Shown piece after piece: positions 19,097-27,322 of a stretch of DNA of 43,391 bases (within the stretch, counting starts at the first letter, position 1; each line of letters begins with the position of its first letter). Below the pieces are notes generated by a model. That model ran no database searches. It had not been told where the DNA came from and saw only the letters and a list, made by a program, of their open reading frames with translations. The stretch is from NCBI GenBank assembly GCA_039794845.1, contig JAUQVK010000089.1, positions 3,485 to 46,875 of the forward strand, written 5' to 3'. This DNA comes from Thermostichus sp. DRC_bins_24. GTDB taxonomy: Bacteria > Cyanobacteriota > Cyanobacteriia > Thermostichales > Thermostichaceae. Made by a program: the position numbers and the translations under genes.

Positions 19097-19864
19097 ATGT
19101 CTGATTGGCCACTGTTTGAGCTAGCGCAGTTTGGGATCCAAGTCCGCGGGCAAAAGCTTTTGCAAGGGGTTTCCTGTCAAATTCCAGAGCAGAAGATCAC
19201 AGCTATTCTGGGGCCGGAAAGAAGTGGAAAAACGCTGCTTTTGCATGCCCTAAATGGATTTGCAGTGTTGCTGGCCACTCAACCCCACAGCAACCTACGA
19301 ACGACAGGGACTCTTCGTTACCGAGGTCATTCCCTAGCCTTCGGCTCAAGCCAAGCCACTGCTTTGGTGGTACCTCAGATGTTTCCGGGGTCGATCTTTG
19401 CCAATGTAGCTTATAGAGTCAGGGCCCAAGGACAGCAGAGGGATCCCTTGAGCTTGGAGGATTGGGTGGCGGAATGTCTCACCAGGGTGGGGTTGGATGA
19501 TGTGATCCCCCGTTGGCAGGATTCGGCGGACTTGCTTTCTCCTGGAGAAAAACAACAGTTGGCCTTAGCCCGAGCGCTGGCGATCCGGCCGGAGGTGCTG
19601 CTCCTGGATGAGCCGTGGACGGGTTTGGATGTGGTAACCCAAGACCATTTGAATGAACTGCTGCAAAGTCTGCGGCAGTATTGTGCCTTGGTGGTAACCG
19701 GTCGTCGCTATCAATCTGCGGTGAGGATTGCCGATTGGTTGCTGCTGCTGGATCGAGAAGATGGGGATGGGCAATTTGTAGCAGCGGGATCCCCGCAGGA
19801 GTTGCTGCTGGCTCCCCCAAGCGGGGCGGTGCAGGACTACTTATCCCGCTACATGAGCACTTGA
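19097..19864 (+). CDS. PstB-like ABC ATP-binding protein, divergent
   Basis: ITAILGPERSGKT, PQMFPGSIFANVAY, LSPGEKQQLALARALAIRPEVLLLDEP; H-loop absent (VVTGRR). Confidence 0.75.
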   Translation: MSDWPLFELAQFGIQVRGQKLLQGVSCQIPEQKITAILGPERSGKTLLLHALNGFAVLLATQPHSNLRTTGTLRYRGHSLAFGSSQATALVVPQMFPGSIFANVAYRVRAQGQQRDPLSLEDWVAECLTRVGLDDVIPRWQDSADLLSPGEKQQLALARALAIRPEVLLLDEPWTGLDVVTQDHLNELLQSLRQYCALVVTGRRYQSAVRIADWLLLLDREDGDGQFVAAGSPQELLLAPPSGAVQDYLSRYMST

Positions 19865-19913
19865 GGGCAGGGGCAGGGATCCCGACCTGGTTTGGGTCAA
19901 ACTCAAGGGATAG

Positions 19914-19946
19914 ATACTCCAGATAATTGGTACTTATCTGGAGTAT
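19914..19946. promoter_or_regulatory. Perfect 13-bp inverted repeat upstream of rca (operator or hairpin)
   Basis: ATACTCCAGATAA-N7-TTATCTGGAGTAT. The repeat is certain; its function is not. Confidence 0.45.
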
Positions 19947-20062
19947 AGAGTCATTTTCTGGGCAGAATCAGCCTTCCCCTCCTCCCGACCTGCCCTTCTC
20001 CGCAGAGCTTCTGATCTTCCCATGACCGACAATGACTGGAGCTACCCTGCGCCGTTGAACCG

Positions 20063-21292
20063 ATGAGCTATTACATCGCCCCCACCTTTCTCAAAGCCGT
20101 CGCCCTCCACCTCACCAAAAACCATCTCGATCTCCCCAACGTGCAAGTTCCCCTTATCCTCGGGATCCACGGACGCAAAGGGGAGGGCAAAACCTTCCAA
20201 TGCGACTTGATCTTCGAGCGCATGAAAGTCCACGCCATTCACATCTCCGGCGGAGAGCTAGAAAGCCCTGATGCCGGGGATCCCGCCCGCATGATCCGCC
20301 TGCGCTACCGAGAAGCCGGTGAGCATATCCGCAAATTTGGCCAAATGGCAGCCTTGATGATCAACGATTTGGATGCCGGTCTAGGCCGCATGAACGCCAT
20401 GACCCAGTACACCGTCAACACCCAACTGGTCAGCGCCACCCTGATGAACATTGCCGACAACCCCACCAACGTGCAGCTCCCCGGCAGCTACGATCCCAAA
20501 CCCCTGCCGAGAGTGCCGATCATCGTCACCGGCAATGACTTCTCCACCCTCTATGCTCCTCTGATCCGCGATGGCCGCATGAGCAAGTTTTACTGGGATC
20601 CCAGCCGCGCCGACCGCATCAACATTGTGCAGGGTATTTTCCAACCCGATGGGTTGTCTTCCAGTCAAATCGAACGCCTGGTGGATACCTTTCCGGAACA
20701 GGCCATCGACTTCTTTGGGGCCCTACGCTCACAACTCTACGACGAACAGGTGTGGCAATTTGTGCAGCAGGTGGGGCTAGAGGGGGTTTCTTTCCGCTTG
20801 CTGAAAAGCAAAGAAGGTGCCCCTCATTTTCAACCCCCGCAAACTTCTCTTGAGCAGTTGATTCAATTGGGTCATCAGCTCAAAGCCGAACAACAACACG
20901 TCGAAACCCGCCGCCTTTCAGAAGAGTATCTCGGCCTTCAGCGCTCCTCCGCTCAAGCTCATTCTCCACAGCCCAATTCCCTCAAGGCTCAACCATCCCC
21001 CTCAGATCCTTCCCTTGCCAAACAGGATCCTCGCTTATCCCCAGAGGTGAAAACCCAAATTCGGCAGCTCTTGTCACAAGGCTATGAAATCCAGGTAGAA
21101 CACGTGGATAAACGACGCTACCGAGTCAACTCCTGGCAGAGCTGTGGAGCCGCACACCTAAAAGAATGGGCCCAAACCTGCGCAGCCGTTGAGCAATGTC
21201 TGAGCCATTTCCCCGGAGAATATGTACGACTGGTGGGAGTGGACCCCGCGAAGAAACAGCGCATGGTAGAGACCATCATCCAGCGCCCTTAA
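20063..21292 (+). CDS. rca: Rubisco activase-like AAA+ protein with C-terminal RbcS-like (SSUL) domain
   Basis: VPLILGIHGRKGEGKTFQC, INDLDAG, TGNDFSTLYAPLIRDGRM; C-terminal EHVDKRRYRVNSWQSC...EYVRLVGVDP. Confidence 0.93.
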   Translation: MSYYIAPTFLKAVALHLTKNHLDLPNVQVPLILGIHGRKGEGKTFQCDLIFERMKVHAIHISGGELESPDAGDPARMIRLRYREAGEHIRKFGQMAALMINDLDAGLGRMNAMTQYTVNTQLVSATLMNIADNPTNVQLPGSYDPKPLPRVPIIVTGNDFSTLYAPLIRDGRMSKFYWDPSRADRINIVQGIFQPDGLSSSQIERLVDTFPEQAIDFFGALRSQLYDEQVWQFVQQVGLEGVSFRLLKSKEGAPHFQPPQTSLEQLIQLGHQLKAEQQHVETRRLSEEYLGLQRSSAQAHSPQPNSLKAQPSPSDPSLAKQDPRLSPEVKTQIRQLLSQGYEIQVEHVDKRRYRVNSWQSCGAAHLKEWAQTCAAVEQCLSHFPGEYVRLVGVDPAKKQRMVETIIQRP

Positions 21293-21330
21293 CCAGGGAT
21301 CCCAACCCTCAAAGCATTGAATTGGAATGC

Positions 21331-21552
21331 TTATTCCAAAACAAAGTGATGGGATCCTCTCGAGATCCTCGAGATCTGAATTTGTTTTTGGCCTACCTTA
21401 TGCAACTTAACGGTAACCACATCAAAGGCGAAGTCAGAAGTGACCTTAACCACCAACCCCGCCCCAAAAGTGGCATGTTTCACCCGTACCCCACGATAAA
21501 GATTGCCGAATAGTTCTGTAGGCATATTTGAAGGATCAGCCGTGGTGGCCAT
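21331..21552 (-). CDS. Small protein resembling a standalone UvrD/PcrA C-terminal Tudor-like domain
   Basis: AGGAG ribosome-binding site before the ATG; GVRVKHATFGAGLVVKV...VTVKLHKVGQKQI pattern. Confidence 0.55.
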   Translation of the reverse strand: MATTADPSNMPTELFGNLYRGVRVKHATFGAGLVVKVTSDFAFDVVTVKLHKVGQKQIQISRISRGSHHFVLE

Positions 21553-21778
21553 ACTGGTTCTCCTGGGTTAAACCTGAACTGATGACTGAGCCGATTCCGG
21601 CAAGTGGTCGCAATAACCTTGAGCCGTTCTTCCCGAGATAGCACTTCGACAGAGGTGGGAAAAACCGTCAACCAATAAAACCACTTGCGATTCACAGGAC
21701 TCACCCGCCTCGTAGCACCGAGACGAGATGGCACAATGAGAGAACCCCTTGCTTTTCTTAAGGATTCAGCCCCTGATC

Positions 21779-22378
21779 ATGCCATTGCTCCGCATCTTCC
21801 TGGTTTTCCTGCTGGTTATCCTGACAAGTTTGTCCGCAGCCCCCGCCAACGCCCTGCTCAACGATGACCATTACGACGGCAACATCTTTGCCCTCTACGG
21901 CTCCAACGGCGGCATGATCCCCCCCCGCGTCACCCTCAAGCAGGCCAAAGAACAAGGGATCCCAGCCCTGCTCGTTTACTACATCGATGACAGCAGCGAC
22001 TGCAAAAAATACGCCGCCACCATCGCCAACCTACAAGTTCGCTATGGCTTGGGGGTGTATTTCATCCCCTATTCGGTCGACTCCCTCATGTCCGAAGATG
22101 ACCCTCCGGGTCGTGCGGAGCACGATGAACGTGGCCGATACTATACCGGCCTGGTGCCCCAAACCCTCCTCTTCGACCCTGAAGGAAATATCGTCTATCA
22201 ATCCGTCGGCAACCGCCCGATCACCGAAGTGGAAAACGCCATTCGCGCCCTCTTTAAGTTGGATCCCGTTCCCCCAGGGGTGATCAAAGCCAAACCCTTC
22301 AACGAAATCCAAACCGGATTTCCCGGATCCCGTTCTCCTGCGGCCCAAGCGCCCACCCCAGCAGAGGCCCAGTCGTGA
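21779..22378 (+). CDS. Thioredoxin-like thylakoid protein (photosystem I accumulation factor family)
   Basis: Signal peptide followed by DDHYDGNIFALYGSNGGMIPP, YYIDDSSDCKKY and VPQT. Confidence 0.8.
   Translation: MPLLRIFLVFLLVILTSLSAAPANALLNDDHYDGNIFALYGSNGGMIPPRVTLKQAKEQGIPALLVYYIDDSSDCKKYAATIANLQVRYGLGVYFIPYSVDSLMSEDDPPGRAEHDERGRYYTGLVPQTLLFDPEGNIVYQSVGNRPITEVENAIRALFKLDPVPPGVIKAKPFNEIQTGFPGSRSPAAQAPTPAEAQS
22097..22128 (-). mobile_element. Single 27-bp small dispersed element, in frame within the CDS
   Basis: GATGA-CCCTCCGGGTCGTGCGGAGCAC-GATGA; 24/27 identical to the reverse complement of the 18132 unit. Confidence 0.8.
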
Positions 22379-22656
22379 CGGCCCTTCCCAATCCCGATCC
22401 TCTGGATCACCTGCAAGAAAAACTGCACACCCTGCAGGCCCGCCTCGCCGACCTGAAAGAACTGGAGCGCATTGCCCAACTCTCACCAGAGCAATGGGCC
22501 GAGATTCAGGCAGAAGCCAGCCACCTAGAGCAACGTCTACAAGCCTACCTGCTAGAGGTGTTTAACCCCATCCCCGCCACCTTCTGGCAAGTGGTTCGCT
22601 TTGGCGGTCTTGGCCTCCTGCTCGGTATTGCCCTCCAACGCTGGGTGCTCAGCTAA
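22375..22656 (+). CDS. Small cyanobacterial hypothetical protein with C-terminal membrane anchor
   Basis: Coiled segment plus FWQVVRFGGLGLLLG; overlaps the upstream stop (GTGA). Confidence 0.7.
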   Translation: MTALPNPDPLDHLQEKLHTLQARLADLKELERIAQLSPEQWAEIQAEASHLEQRLQAYLLEVFNPIPATFWQVVRFGGLGLLLGIALQRWVLS

Positions 22657-22699
22657 CCCTTTAAGATGAAAAAGCTCCTGGATCCCGGTTCCCTTTCCC

Positions 22700-23563
22700 A
22701 TGCGACGTCCCAGCCAGTTCACCCTCGACCTTGATACCTCCCGCTTTCTGCCCCTGATCGGCTTGCTTTTGGCGGCCTTGATCCTCCTGCCCCGCTGTTT
22801 GCTGGTGGTGCAGCCGGGTTATGAAGCCGTCATCTTCAACCGCCTCACAGGAGTGGAAATGACCCCCCGCCGCGAGGGGATCCATCTGCTGATTCCGGTG
22901 TTGCAATTCCCCACCCTCTACGATGTGCGCACCCAAACCTACAACATGACCAGCCAAAGTGAGGAGCGCAGCGTCAAAGCCGACGATACCCTCACCGCCC
23001 TCACCGCCGATGGCCAACGGGTGGATCTGGATGTTTCCGTGCGCTATCGCCTGGATCCGGCCCGAGTTCCCGAAATTCATCAGAATGTTGGCCCGGGTTA
23101 TCTGAACAAAATTATTCGCCCGGCCTCCCAAGCCGTGGTACGCAACGTCATCGCCCGCTACTCTGCCATCGGGGTTTATTCCGAACAACGGGCCGAGATT
23201 CAAGAACAAATTGCCGCTGAGCTATCCAGCTTAATGCAAACAGAAGGGTTGGTGTTACAGAGCTTACTCCTGAGAAATGTAGAATTCTCTAAAGAATTCC
23301 AGTCGGCCATCGAAGCCAAGCAAATTGCCGAGCAGGAAAAACAAAGAGAAGTTTTCCGGGTAGAACAAGCTCAACTGATTAAGCAACGGATGATCGTCAA
23401 AGCCAGCGGCGAAGCTCAAGCCATCACCCTCAAAGGCGAAGCGCTGCGCAACAATCCAAACGTCATTCAACTGGAGTATGTCCGCAATCTGCCCGACGAC
23501 ATCAAAACCATCGTCAGTGAGCAAAACACCATCCTCAACCTTGGGGATTTTCTGAGCAAATAA
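22700..23563 (+). CDS. Prohibitin/SPFH (band 7) family protein
   Basis: N-terminal TM helix, VQPGYEAVIFN, EGIHLLIP, EFQSAIEAKQIAEQ, GEAQAI. Confidence 0.92.
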   Translation: MRRPSQFTLDLDTSRFLPLIGLLLAALILLPRCLLVVQPGYEAVIFNRLTGVEMTPRREGIHLLIPVLQFPTLYDVRTQTYNMTSQSEERSVKADDTLTALTADGQRVDLDVSVRYRLDPARVPEIHQNVGPGYLNKIIRPASQAVVRNVIARYSAIGVYSEQRAEIQEQIAAELSSLMQTEGLVLQSLLLRNVEFSKEFQSAIEAKQIAEQEKQREVFRVEQAQLIKQRMIVKASGEAQAITLKGEALRNNPNVIQLEYVRNLPDDIKTIVSEQNTILNLGDFLSK

Positions 23564-23579
23564 GCCAACAAGAACGGGA

Positions 23580-24515
23580 TCAAAACCCAAGCATCAATCC
23601 CAACATCAAAAGGCCCCAAATCCACAAAACCCGCCGCAACAGCCCAACACTTTCCCGCACCACTTGCGGAGTCAAAGGACGGGTCGGGATCCCCAGCTTG
23701 GGCTTCACCTTTGGGATCCCCTGATAAACATTCGTTCCCCCCAATTGGATCCCTAGTTTCCAAGCAAAAGCCGCCTCACTCCATCCAGAATTGGGGCTGG
23801 GATCCGCCTTCGCATCTTGCCGGCAACGCCGCCAAAACCCCCAGGGATCCCCACTGAGCAACGCCAAAGTCAGTACCGTCAGACGGCAAGGTAACCAAGT
23901 CAGCCCATCCTCACAACGAGCCGGTACAGTGCCCAAGTGGGTAAAAGGGGCATGGCGATAGCCCACCATCGAATCGAGGGTGCTGCTGGCTTTGTAAGCC
24001 AGGGCCAAGGGTGCCCCTCCCCAGCAAGCGTAGAACAAAGGTGCCGTCGCGCCATCCGGGGTATTTTCCGCCACCGTTTCGATCACCGCCCGCAAAATCT
24101 CCGGTTCCGTTAGGGTCTCCGTATCTCGCCCCACATAGCGGCTGAGCCGTTGACGGGCCTGCTCCAGATCTCCCTTTTCCAAGGGATCCAACACCTCCAA
24201 AGCTGCAAACCGCAGACTTCGCCCCCCCAAACAACTGGCCATGAGGACAATCTGAACGAGGATCCCGGCCCACGGGTGAATCCAACGGGATAGCTCAATC
24301 AGCCCCCAGCCCACCCCATAGGATCCCCCCACCAGAACCAGGGTCAGCACCGCCCCTCCCCACCGTTGTGCCCGCGGGGTTGAACAGCAGCCTAAAATCC
24401 AGCTTTGCCCCCAGGCAATCGCCGCCCCCATCACCCGCACAGGATGCGGCCAACCCCAGGGATCCGCCAGCAAAAAGTCCAATCCCAAAGAGACCGCCAA
24501 CACCACAAAAGCCAT
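23580..24515 (-). CDS. cbiB: Adenosylcobinamide-phosphate synthase CbiB (CobD/CbiB family)
   Basis: LADPWGWPHPV, YVGRDT, ETVAENTPDG, STLDSMVGY, SPNSGWSEAAFA; ATG at 24515 chosen as start. Confidence 0.93.
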   Translation of the reverse strand: MAFVVLAVSLGLDFLLADPWGWPHPVRVMGAAIAWGQSWILGCCSTPRAQRWGGAVLTLVLVGGSYGVGWGLIELSRWIHPWAGILVQIVLMASCLGGRSLRFAALEVLDPLEKGDLEQARQRLSRYVGRDTETLTEPEILRAVIETVAENTPDGATAPLFYACWGGAPLALAYKASSTLDSMVGYRHAPFTHLGTVPARCEDGLTWLPCRLTVLTLALLSGDPWGFWRRCRQDAKADPSPNSGWSEAAFAWKLGIQLGGTNVYQGIPKVKPKLGIPTRPLTPQVVRESVGLLRRVLWIWGLLMLGLMLGF

Positions 24516-24537
24516 CCGTTGGGCTGGAAAAAACAGC

Positions 24538-25023
24538 TCAGACCACAAACCCGCTCTCCTGATTCTGAGCCGCCTGCCAGCTCCGAGCATCGAAATACAG
24601 ATCTTCCAAAGTGGTTTCCTCCAACACCTGCTGCACCCGTCGGGCAATCCGCTCCCACAGGGCTGCCGTCACCCAGTCCAGCCGTTCCCCAGAGTCGTTC
24701 CCAGATGTATGGGTGAATGCAGCATTCATTCCCATCTCAAAACCATCCGCAGCCAAAGGCTCCAGGGATTCTCCCACCGCCGCCAAAATCGCACTCAACG
24801 GGATCCGCCGCGGCACGCGAGCCAACCGATACCCCCCCTGTGCCCCCCGTTGGGAACGCACCAAGCCGGCCTGACGCAATTCAATCAGCAACTTTTCCAA
24901 ATAGGGAGCCGGAATGTGCTGCCGCTCAGCAATAGCCCGCACCGAAGCCATTTGCCCCGATCCGAGCATGGCCAGATCCAACATCGCCCTGATGCTGTAC
25001 GTGGCCCGCGTGGTCAAACGCAC
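24538..25023 (-). CDS. Rrf2 family transcriptional regulator lacking Fe-S cysteines
   Basis: RLTTRATYSIRAMLDLA, YLEKLLIELRQAGLVRSQRGAQGGYRL; no Cys triad; GTG start at 25023. Confidence 0.9.
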   Translation of the reverse strand: MRLTTRATYSIRAMLDLAMLGSGQMASVRAIAERQHIPAPYLEKLLIELRQAGLVRSQRGAQGGYRLARVPRRIPLSAILAAVGESLEPLAADGFEMGMNAAFTHTSGNDSGERLDWVTAALWERIARRVQQVLEETTLEDLYFDARSWQAAQNQESGFVV

Positions 25024-25267
25024 CAGGATTCCTCTACACAACGCCCCTCGATCCTGCCACAGAGATCCACAGAGGATGGCGTCGATCGATCACCCAACGT
25101 AGAGAAAGAAAAATTCGCATCAACTTGGAGCCTTCTGTGACAAGTAATACACAGATTCCCTAAAGAATCCCAGAGAATAAGTCTGTATCGTAGTCTGTAC
25201 TACTCAATGCTGTCTCTTTCGGTTCCTCCTCAGCATTGCCGAAGCAGGCAGCAAATGCTTTTGCTCT

Positions 25268-27286
25268 ATGGCTGAGACAGAGAACACTTGGCCAGATCAG
25301 GATCCCAGTGTCTACGACACACTGGAGCAGACCGGGCTGCGGAACCCCCAGGTCATGTATCGCGGGCGTCCGGTGGAAAATCGGGGGCGGGCCGTGCTGC
25401 GCACCATGTTCGAGAGCGTCAGCGATGGACTGTTCATCGTAGAACGACTCCTTCCAGAACAAAAGACAGGAGCAGCTCAGCCGTGCTATCGGTTTTTGGT
25501 TTGTAACCCTGCCTTTCGGAGGATGTTTTTCCTCCCCTCCAAGCCCATCGAAGGGGAAGAGTTACATGTCTGTCTGCCGACTTCCCTGGCTGCACAAATT
25601 CAACTGCACGCCAAACACTGCCTCAAACATCGACGGCGAGTCAGCTTCGAGATCAGCCTAGGGGACCCTGCAACCGCCTCCGCAGACTGTGAGCATACCC
25701 ACGTCGTCATCGTCACCCTATCCCCGGTAATTGATGGGGACAAACCCATCAGCCAAATTGTCGGCTCCTGTCAAGACATCACCGAGCGCAAACAGGTGGA
25801 ATGGACGCTCCAACGCAGCCAGGAGCGGCTGCTCGAACAAAACCATGCCCTGATGACCCTGACCCGCCACAAAGCCCTCAACCAAGGGGATCTGCAGGCA
25901 GCCCTTCGGGAAATCTGCGTCACCGCTGCCCACACATTGCGCGTAGAGCGGGTGGGGGTTTGGCTCTACACCCCTGATCGCTCCAGCATTCGCTGCGTCA
26001 ATCAATTTGAGCTCAGCCAAGACAACCCTCAGGGATCCCATACCGAAGGAGCAGAGATCTCCGCCAAAGATTATCCCCGCTATTTTCACGCCCTAGAGCA
26101 AGAGCGCACCATTGCCGCCGATCAAGTGGCCAAAGATCCGCGCACCATCGAGTTCCGCAATTCCTACCTAACCGGAATGGGAGTGGTGTCGATGTTGGAT
26201 GCCCCCATTCGCCTGGAAGGACGGATGGTCGGTGTTCTCTGTCACAGTCATGTCGGCTTTCCCCGTCACTGGACCCTCGAAGAACAAAACTTTGCCGGAT
26301 CCCTGGCGGATTTGGTCTCTCTCGCCCTAGAGATCTCAGAGCGGCGACAAACAGAAGAGGCCCTGCGTCGTGCCGAAGAACGCTATCGCAACTTTTTCGA
26401 AAATGCAGTGGAAGGGATCTTCTTCACGGATGCGGCAGGCCGATATCTTTCCGCCAACCCGATGCTGGCCCGAATTTGTGGCTACGACTCCCCCGAAGCG
26501 TTGATGCAAGAAGTGAACAACGTCGGTACCCAGCTCTACGTCGATCCCAGTCAACGAGAAGAATTTGTCCGCCTGCTCCACGAGCAGGGATCCGTGCGTG
26601 GCTTTGAGTACCAAATTCGCCGCCGGGATGGCACGATCATCTGGGTGCGAGAAAATGCCCGGCTGGTGCGAGACAGCCAAGGCAACGTTGTGGGGTACGA
26701 AGGCATCTCAGAAGACATTACGGCCCAAAAGCAAAACCTGGCTAACATCGAATTTCGAGCCCACCACGATGTTCTCACTGGGTTGGTAAACCGCGAACGC
26801 TTCGGCGATCAACTGCAGCAAGCTCTGAAGCAATACCGCAATGAAATGCTGGCACTCCTCTTCGTGGATTTGGATCGCTTCAAAGACATCAACGATACCC
26901 TCGGCCACAGTGTCGGGGATGCCCTTTTGCGCGGGGTAGCCCAGCGGCTAACCGAGTGCGTGCGCTCCGGCGATACCGTTGCCCGCTGGGGAGGCGATGA
27001 GTTTACCCTGCTGCTGCCCCAAATTGGCAACCCGATGGTGGCGATGCGCTTGGCGCAGCGGATTCTCGATGCCTTTCAAGCTCCCTTCTCCTGCCAGGGC
27101 CACTCCATTTCCGTTACCTGCAGCATTGGCATTGCCCTTTATCCCCAGGATGGCCAAGAAGTACGCACTCTCCTGCACCATGCCGATTTGGCCCTCTACC
27201 AGGTGAAAGAAAATGGCCGCAATGGTTTTCAACTCTACAGCCCTGTGCCAGGGATCCCGGCAGCAGTTCACAACACAATCCTGTAA
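25268..27286 (+). CDS. PAS-GAF-PAS diguanylate cyclase
   Basis: Two PAS/PAC units, a GAF domain (SMLDAPI...WTLEEQNF), intact GGDEF with RSGD I-site; no EAL domain. Confidence 0.93.
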   Translation: MAETENTWPDQDPSVYDTLEQTGLRNPQVMYRGRPVENRGRAVLRTMFESVSDGLFIVERLLPEQKTGAAQPCYRFLVCNPAFRRMFFLPSKPIEGEELHVCLPTSLAAQIQLHAKHCLKHRRRVSFEISLGDPATASADCEHTHVVIVTLSPVIDGDKPISQIVGSCQDITERKQVEWTLQRSQERLLEQNHALMTLTRHKALNQGDLQAALREICVTAAHTLRVERVGVWLYTPDRSSIRCVNQFELSQDNPQGSHTEGAEISAKDYPRYFHALEQERTIAADQVAKDPRTIEFRNSYLTGMGVVSMLDAPIRLEGRMVGVLCHSHVGFPRHWTLEEQNFAGSLADLVSLALEISERRQTEEALRRAEERYRNFFENAVEGIFFTDAAGRYLSANPMLARICGYDSPEALMQEVNNVGTQLYVDPSQREEFVRLLHEQGSVRGFEYQIRRRDGTIIWVRENARLVRDSQGNVVGYEGISEDITAQKQNLANIEFRAHHDVLTGLVNRERFGDQLQQALKQYRNEMLALLFVDLDRFKDINDTLGHSVGDALLRGVAQRLTECVRSGDTVARWGGDEFTLLLPQIGNPMVAMRLAQRILDAFQAPFSCQGHSISVTCSIGIALYPQDGQEVRTLLHHADLALYQVKENGRNGFQLYSPVPGIPAAVHNTIL

Positions 27287-27322
27287 GCTGGTTGGGTCAG
27301 AAGCCCTTCGGGTTCGTGATTT

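Noticed and set aside
24538..25023. Calling the Rrf2 regulator iscR
   Set aside because: The Fe-S-binding cysteines are absent and no isc/suf genes are adjacent.
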